Shown in pieces: positions 53,301-60,900 of a stretch of DNA of 64,000 nucleotides. The notes under the pieces are model-generated. The model did not search any database. It was not told where the DNA came from and was given only the letters and a program-made list of their open reading frames with translations. The first letter of the stretch is position 1; every line of letters starts with the position of its first letter. The DNA lies in contig OZ024740.1 in NCBI GenBank assembly GCA_964016885.1, positions 339,884,001 to 339,948,000 of the forward strand. The letters run 5' to 3'. The DNA is from Eledone cirrhosa. Lineage: Eukaryota. A program made the translations under genes and the position numbers.

Positions 53301-54748
53301 CAGCATTTAGCTGTTTTAATAAATGTTCTAATGAGTTTTCTCATTTTTTATGTATATAATATATATTATGTTTCCGTCTCATTTTCACACAAATAATTAT
53401 TATTTTGCTCCCATTTTATCTCAATATTTCAGACCGAGAAGCTCCTCATTTTACCTACTGCCCTCACAATATTGTTATCAAAACAAACCTTTTCTCTGAA
53501 CGTGTCGTTTGGCCAACACCAGTTGCCGAAGACAATACTCAACTAGCAGAAGTGGTGTCTTCTCATCAAATTGGTTCAGATTTTACTTCTGGAACCACAG
53601 TTGTCAATTATACAGCAATAGACAAAACAGGAAACAATGCCACCTGTAACTTTAGTGTTACTATCATACCAGGTATGAACATATAATACATCTTTATAAG
53701 TTTTATTAAATAACACCTTATCTTGCAGAGCTCCAGTCTTTTTGTAAGGAACCTACTTTGGACAACACTGATATATAGAATGTGTACATTGCTAGTGAAA
53801 ACCCAAAAGTAGTAATAAAGAAACTAATGTATAGTTTCTGGTGCAGATCATACTAAAGATTACATAATAAAATATACAAAACACCAAACAGCATAACAAA
53901 ATAGTTCTTTATGTGATATCATGTTTATGTATTTAAACAGCTAAGTCTGTTAAATCCTACCCTGCTTAGTGATGTGACTGGTTGGATGGAAATAGGTAGG
54001 ATTTATAAACCTAGACTTTAGGCCAGGACTCAAAAGGGCAATAACATCCTGGGTGAGAGCCACAGTGGACCAAAAGGGAGATGAAGGAGATGCATGATTT
54101 CTACCAGTTATAATGCTAATCTTAACAACCAACACCAATGTGAGTTGTCAAATCCACCCCTTCTCACATTATGAAACAAAATATTTCCTTATTTTCTGTT
54201 GTGTGAGTTAGTTTTTTATAATCTCACTCACCCTTCCACTGTAATAAGTCTTTGAAACAAGTCAATGTAGATCTTAAAATAAATTGTGTGTTTGTATTAG
54301 GTTGGCAGGTTAGGGTTAATGCTGCTGCTGCAAGAGTATGGAAATATTAGTCATGAGAATTGTTCTGATGCAGGCTATAGAAAAGTAGTTTGCAGATCAC
54401 GTTTGAGATCCCTGCTTTAGGTATCATCATCATCATTTAACATCCATTTTCCACACTAGCATAGCTGTCCCTTTGAGAGAGATCAGGTCAGAGGACCATG
54501 TTTTTCTCACACAGGGCTGATTTGGGCTTGGTCTCTACAGCTGGATGCCCGTCCTAATGCCAACCGCATTTACTTTGTGTACTGAGTGCTTTTGTCTTGA
54601 CATATACATGACTACTATACAGTGTGGGCTTTTATCGTGGGTCCAGAGAGACCACTTCATGGTGTGGGATGGGACCTTAGGAGGGTGGGGGAAGAAGCTT
54701 GGGGAAATTGAGGACGTAGGTAATAGGGGAGGGGTGGTTACAGCAAGG

Positions 54749-54791
<43 letters not shown>

Positions 54792-54956
54792 GTTATTCCG
54801 GGTTGAATCGGAGGTAACCACAGTAAGTAAGGTACTCAATACATACCAGAGTATAACAGTTTTAATATAGATGAGATTCTACAGGACTAGAACTGTTTCA
54901 TTCATTTGAAATCATCAGGAATCATGATGAAACAGTTCTAGTCCTGTAGAATCTCA

Positions 54957-54998
<42 letters not shown>

Positions 54999-57900
54999 TT
55001 AACCCTGACTTTTCTGTTTAATCTGGGGGAAGAGGACAGTGTCCATGAATATGTTTAATGCTTTTGAGACTGGCGGGAGGGAGGTGTCCTTAAACACGAA
55101 ACATGTCCTGAATGCTTGCAACAGAGTGAGTTCCACTAAATGCACTAAATGACCAGGGGGTGATGTTAAACTGGTTTATATATTAAGTATACCACCCTAG
55201 TAGACCAATGCAAAGAGCTGAACCAAATACTCCAAGGCATCTCATCCATAGAGCTACCATTACAGTATATATACTGTACAAGTGTATTATTATTATTAGC
55301 TAGCAGTTTTTTATCAACAATACAAGACCAAGAAAGAATTAAAAATATGAATAGAAAATCAGTGTAGTGAAAACTAAGATCATTCAACAAGTTTCCGCAT
55401 TATTTTAGGGGCTTAAGCCCCCCCCCCCCCCCAAAAAAAAAAACTTAATGCTAGAAAGCTTGATCCAATACTCTTACAATTCTTCCAATCCATCACCCTG
55501 GATTTGTACTTTATTTTATTAATCCCAAAAGGATGAAAGACAAAGTTGAGTTCTGTGAGCACAGAGCCCTGGAATAAATACTGCAAGGTATTTTTCCTAC
55601 ACTCTAACAACTCTGCCAATTTGCCAGCTATCACTGATCTCAACAGCTAAAATCTCTTGGCCTCAACCAAATATTATGTTCTAAAGCAGAGGTTGTCAAA
55701 CTTTTCAGCCCCTCCCCCCCCCCCCTCACGGCCACGTAATACCCTCACCTCATCCACCCCTATTTTCAGAGAGACCTGCCTACACATAAATGGTAAATAA
55801 TGCTTAATAAATAAAATTGTCAATTTATATATAATAAAAAATATAATATATACTATGTATAAATAAATGTATTTTTTTATTTTACTATATTTATATATAT
55901 GTATCATTTGATATTTCATATACTATCATATACCATCTCTACCCCTCCCCACCACCGCCTCCTTAGACCCCAACGCTCTCGGAGGAGGGGATTAGCACCC
56001 ACTTTGAGAACCTCTGTTCTAAAGCATCTGTAAGAATATTTCCTCCATACAGAGTTTACATGATTTCTTTTCTAATTGATTACAGAAACAAACTGCAACT
56101 TACCTAAAATTACAAATGGTAGATTTGTTTGTGGCACAGACCCACCACAACTAGCAATGTGTTATATTACCTGTGAAAGTAAGTTTGGAGTTAACCCTCT
56201 TGGAGTGTTCAACGAGCCATTTAACTGTAAAATTCTTGATAATATCCACAAACTGGAAGAGATTATGAAAACACAGAAGCCATGTTTAAGTAAGTAAAAT
56301 ATAAATTTTGCCATCATTATCTTTTGTTCTGGTAGCAGTTCGTTTGTCCACCCCTCTCGCTTGCCTTTTGTTGTTTGTGTGTTTTTAAAACATATTTGTA
56401 ATGTTATTTATACAACTGTGAATAAAATATATAGATTTTTTCTTTTTTTACATGACTATCAAATAGTTCTTCTAATTACTTCCTTTAATTTCATCGAATT
56501 ATGTTCTTTCAATTATCATTATTATACCTTGGAATTTTTAGCTATATTTCTTATGCATTTTATTTTCATTCCATTGGGATTGATAGACTAAATTCTGTCA
56601 TGAACTGATCTTAATTTAGTGAACAATATCCATCTCCCCACAAACTGTGAGGCTTTATGCCCATATTAGAAAGCATTGTTATTATTGAAAGCAGTAGAGT
56701 AGCAGTTGTGGGAGACAGCCATGCTAAATGTTGAATGGGATTTAATTACAACCCTTCGAAAACGGAGGAGTGTGTAACCAGCTACCTGTAGAAGCTCCTG
56801 TAGGCCACTAACCTAGTTCTCACAGCTAAGTCTGTCAAAGAATTCAAGAAAAATCCTAACTGTGGAAGCAAAGAGGCCTCAAAATACACTTAACAAAGAC
56901 ATTTTTATTTTAATTGGTAGGAAAGAAGACAGGATTCTACTGCCATCTAAAAAGTAGCCATACTCAATGTACAGAAAATAACTTGGTAGGAATTTCATAT
57001 GGTGCATCCAATGTAAACTATGGGTACACAAGATGTATAACTCGACCACAGGCAGGCTAACAGAAGAAGGACTTCACGTGTAGCTGATGAACAGAAGTAG
57101 ATAACAAAAAGTGCACCCATAAGATAAATTATTTCAAATGCATGGAGGGTTCCCCAGAAGTAAGATAACCTGTTACCTAGATGATTTAATTAATAGTAGA
57201 GGAGGGAGTTTAAAGCAGAGTAGTCAGAATAAGAAAGGAGTTATTGCATCTGCTGGTAGCAAAAGGTTTCTCTTTCTGAGTGAAAGGCAGATTTTATGAT
57301 CATTGTATATGAAAATGTGTAACGTCAAGGTATGTATGCTTTGATGGGTATGCAATGTTAGTAGTGTGCAAGAACAATAGAGTACAAATATCTGAGAGAA
57401 AAACTGTATATAAGAGAAAGAAGACTGACTGGTGTGTACATGTGATGTGAGTGAAGGATGATTATATAGAAGTACCAAGCTATTCAAGTAGATAGAGTCT
57501 TGGAAATAGGGAGGCATGGGTAGAAGTGATGAGAACAGATCTCAAGAGGATAAACCTCACAAAGGAGATGATAAAGAATTGTGTCAATTGGTAAAATACT
57601 GTAGAAGAACTGTTCAAACAAATTTAAAATGATTATGATGATGACAATGAAGATGACATTCTTATTTGAAATCATTTTTCTATTGGGGGGCTGATAAAAT
57701 AAAGTAGCAGTACTAGACTGGATTAAATCAATTATACCTCTAACTCAAAATGTGTAACTTTGTCAATGTTAAAAACAAGCATTATTATTGTTTAAATGTA
57801 TAATGTGAATAGATAATAAGATTATAAACTTTTTCAGATTCTTATCCTTGTCACTGATGTATGTGCAGTAACCTCGTGGATGAGAACATTATTACCCCTA

Positions 57901-60900
57901 GTTTTAAAATAACGATTTCTAATTTTAATGAAGTTTATTCTCATGAACAAGACACAGTATAAATGTAAATATATATTTTTTTAAAGTTACTCTCTGAATA
58001 TAAAGTCAATAATTTTATGATACACTACAGAATAAATACATAGATTATACCACTTGAGTCTGCCATAGTTGGATTACCTGAATGAGAGAGTATGTTGTAA
58101 GATCTGAAACACACAAGGATTCCAGAATACAACACTGGTGATGTATCCAAGTAAGGGCATCTGTAGATGTATGAAACATTGAACTGAACAATTTTGATCT
58201 TACACAACTTATCATTGTTAACAATTGTATACCACCCTAGTAGACCAATTCTGCAATGCTAATTATTTCACTATTGTTTACTAAATAGATAACCACCATC
58301 CATTCAAAGTACAACAAGAATTTGAAATACAGTTTCAAGGCAGGTGTGAACAGGATGACTCCAGCCTACACTCAAAGCTCTCATCTGCAGTTACACAATA
58401 TCTTGAGGCCCAGAACCATTGTTGGGATGTTAAATGTAACTTTAACAATATCACAGTCCTCTGTGGACCAAGAACTGATGGCCACCGATACAAACGATCA
58501 AATTACTTTACTGTTACATGGAACATCACAATAAACAATGTGTAAGTATCAACATTCCATCAGTATTCATCATCAAGTCTACCATGGCTCTTATATATAT
58601 ATATTTGTGTGTGTGTGTGTGTATGTGTGTGTGTGTGTGTGAAAGCCTTTTAGCTATGAATTTTAGAAGCTGATGGCTAGCGCCACCAGGTGGATTCCAG
58701 CACTAGCAGGAGCAGGTAATCTGCCAACAGTCGACTGTTTCTGACTGATGTTTTATGATACATTTAGTCATGTAATCCATTTTTAAGGCTCTGCAGCATA
58801 TTAATATGAAGACTGACCTGCTTTTGATGTTATTTCAAAGGTCAGGCAAATGATTAGCAATATTTGTTCTGGGTCTTTACGTCCTACTTTGTTTTACATT
58901 CTTCCAAGGTCAATAAAATAAAATAACAGTTAAATAATGAGTCAGTATAATCAGTATAATAAACTTTCCCTTCTTCCAAATTGCTTTGCAGCATATGTCT
59001 CTTTACATTCTGATTTCAAATCCTGTCAAGGTTAGCTTTGCCTTTCATCCTTACGGGCTTGATAAAATAAAGTACCAGTAATGTACTGGGGTCTATTTAA
59101 TCGACTTTCCCCTCCCCCAAAATTGCTGGCCTTGTGACTAAATCAGAAACCATTGTTGGCAGTATTGGTAGAGCATCAGACACCATGATTTGCAGCATAG
59201 GAGTTATGGCGCTTTACGTTCTCAGTTCAAATTCCGCCAGGTTAACTTTGCCTTTCATCATTACGGAGTCGATAAAATAAAGTACCAGTAATGCACTGGG
59301 GTAATTGCTGGCCTTGTGCCAAAAGTAGAAACATTATTATTATTATTATCATCATTAAAGGGCGGTGGATTGGCAGTATCAGTAGAGGGTCGGACGCCAT
59401 GCTTTGCAGCACAGTTATGTCCCTTTACGTACTGAGTTCAAAACCCGCCGAGGTTAACTTTGCCTTTCATCCTTAAGGGGTCGATAAAATAAAGTACCAG
59501 TAATACACTGGGATAATTGCTGGCCTTGTGCCAAAAGTAGAAACAATTATCATCATTATCAGTGGATTTGCAGCATTTATTCGGTAGAGCGTGGGGACAA
59601 CAAGATTTGCAGCATATAGTTATCTCTTTACGTTCTGAGTTCAAATCCTACCAAAGTTTACTTTGCCTTTCGGGGTCAATAAAATAAAGTACCAGTCGAT
59701 GTAATGACTTTTCCCCTCCTTACAAATTGCTGCCCTTGTGCCAAAAAAGTAGAAACAATTATTATTATTATCATCATCATCATCATCGTTGTTGTTGTTA
59801 TCTTCATCACAGACAACGTCTACCGAAATCTGATATTCGTGACATTCTGGAGGCTTTTGAACAAGAACTTGCTTATGTGGCCGAGCTATTCTCCATCAAT
59901 GTCCATGACCGAGAATATAAATCTGTTCCTGGAAGTGTCAAGGCATCAGCCCCTTACTGGCAATGTAAATCTGGAGAAATGCTGCAAGATGAATACTGCA
60001 GTAAGTTCTCCTTCTTCTTTTTCTTCCTTCTTTTTCTTATTTCTTTTCCTTTTTCCTTTTTCCTTTTTCCTTTTTCCTTTTTCCTTTTTCCTTTTTCTTC
60101 TTTTTCTTCTTCTCCTCCTCTTCTTTAACTTATGTAATCTCTCTCTCTCTCCCTCTCTCTCTCTCTCACTTACTCACTCTATCCAATTGTATTTTCTCAG
60201 TTCCTTGCCCTCCTGGTTCAATGTTGAACATCACATCACAGAGGTGTGCTTTCTGTACAGTTGGTTTCTACCAAGAACAGGAAGGACAAACCAACTGTAA
60301 AATCTGCCCTGATGGTGTCAGTGCTGCAGAGGGCGCTACCAGCCTAGATTATTGTAAGTATACATATTCAGCTGATCTTTCACCACACACACACTGTTTC
60401 TATCTATCTATCTCCCCTTTACTCTATCTATATCAATATCTATCTCCCCTTTACTCTATCTATATCAATATATATCTCCCCTTTACTCTATCTATATCAA
60501 TATATATCTCTCCTTTACTCTATCTATATCAATATCTATCTCTCCTCCTCTATCTCCTCTATCAACATTTATATTGCACTTTCTCACACTTTCTGTATCT
60601 TTATCCTTCCTTTTTTCTCTTCACCATCACTACTACTAACATAATCTTGATGACCATCATCATCATCATCACTCCCATCATCAGCTTATCATCACCATCC
60701 ACATTATCAGTATCATCATCATCTTCATCATTACTGTCTAACCTATTCTAATTTACTTTCTCTATATTCTATATTTGTAAATGTATGTGGATTTGAGTTT
60801 AGGACAGGAGTCACAAATATGTGGCATGCTGGCTGCATGCAGTCTGCAAACTACTTTTCTCTGGCTCACAGCAGAACAATTTTTGTGAATAATATTCCAT

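Noticed and set aside
58322-58534. ORF-track 70-aa protein
   Set aside because: Wrong frame of exon O; the spliced frame is the Cys/RYKR one
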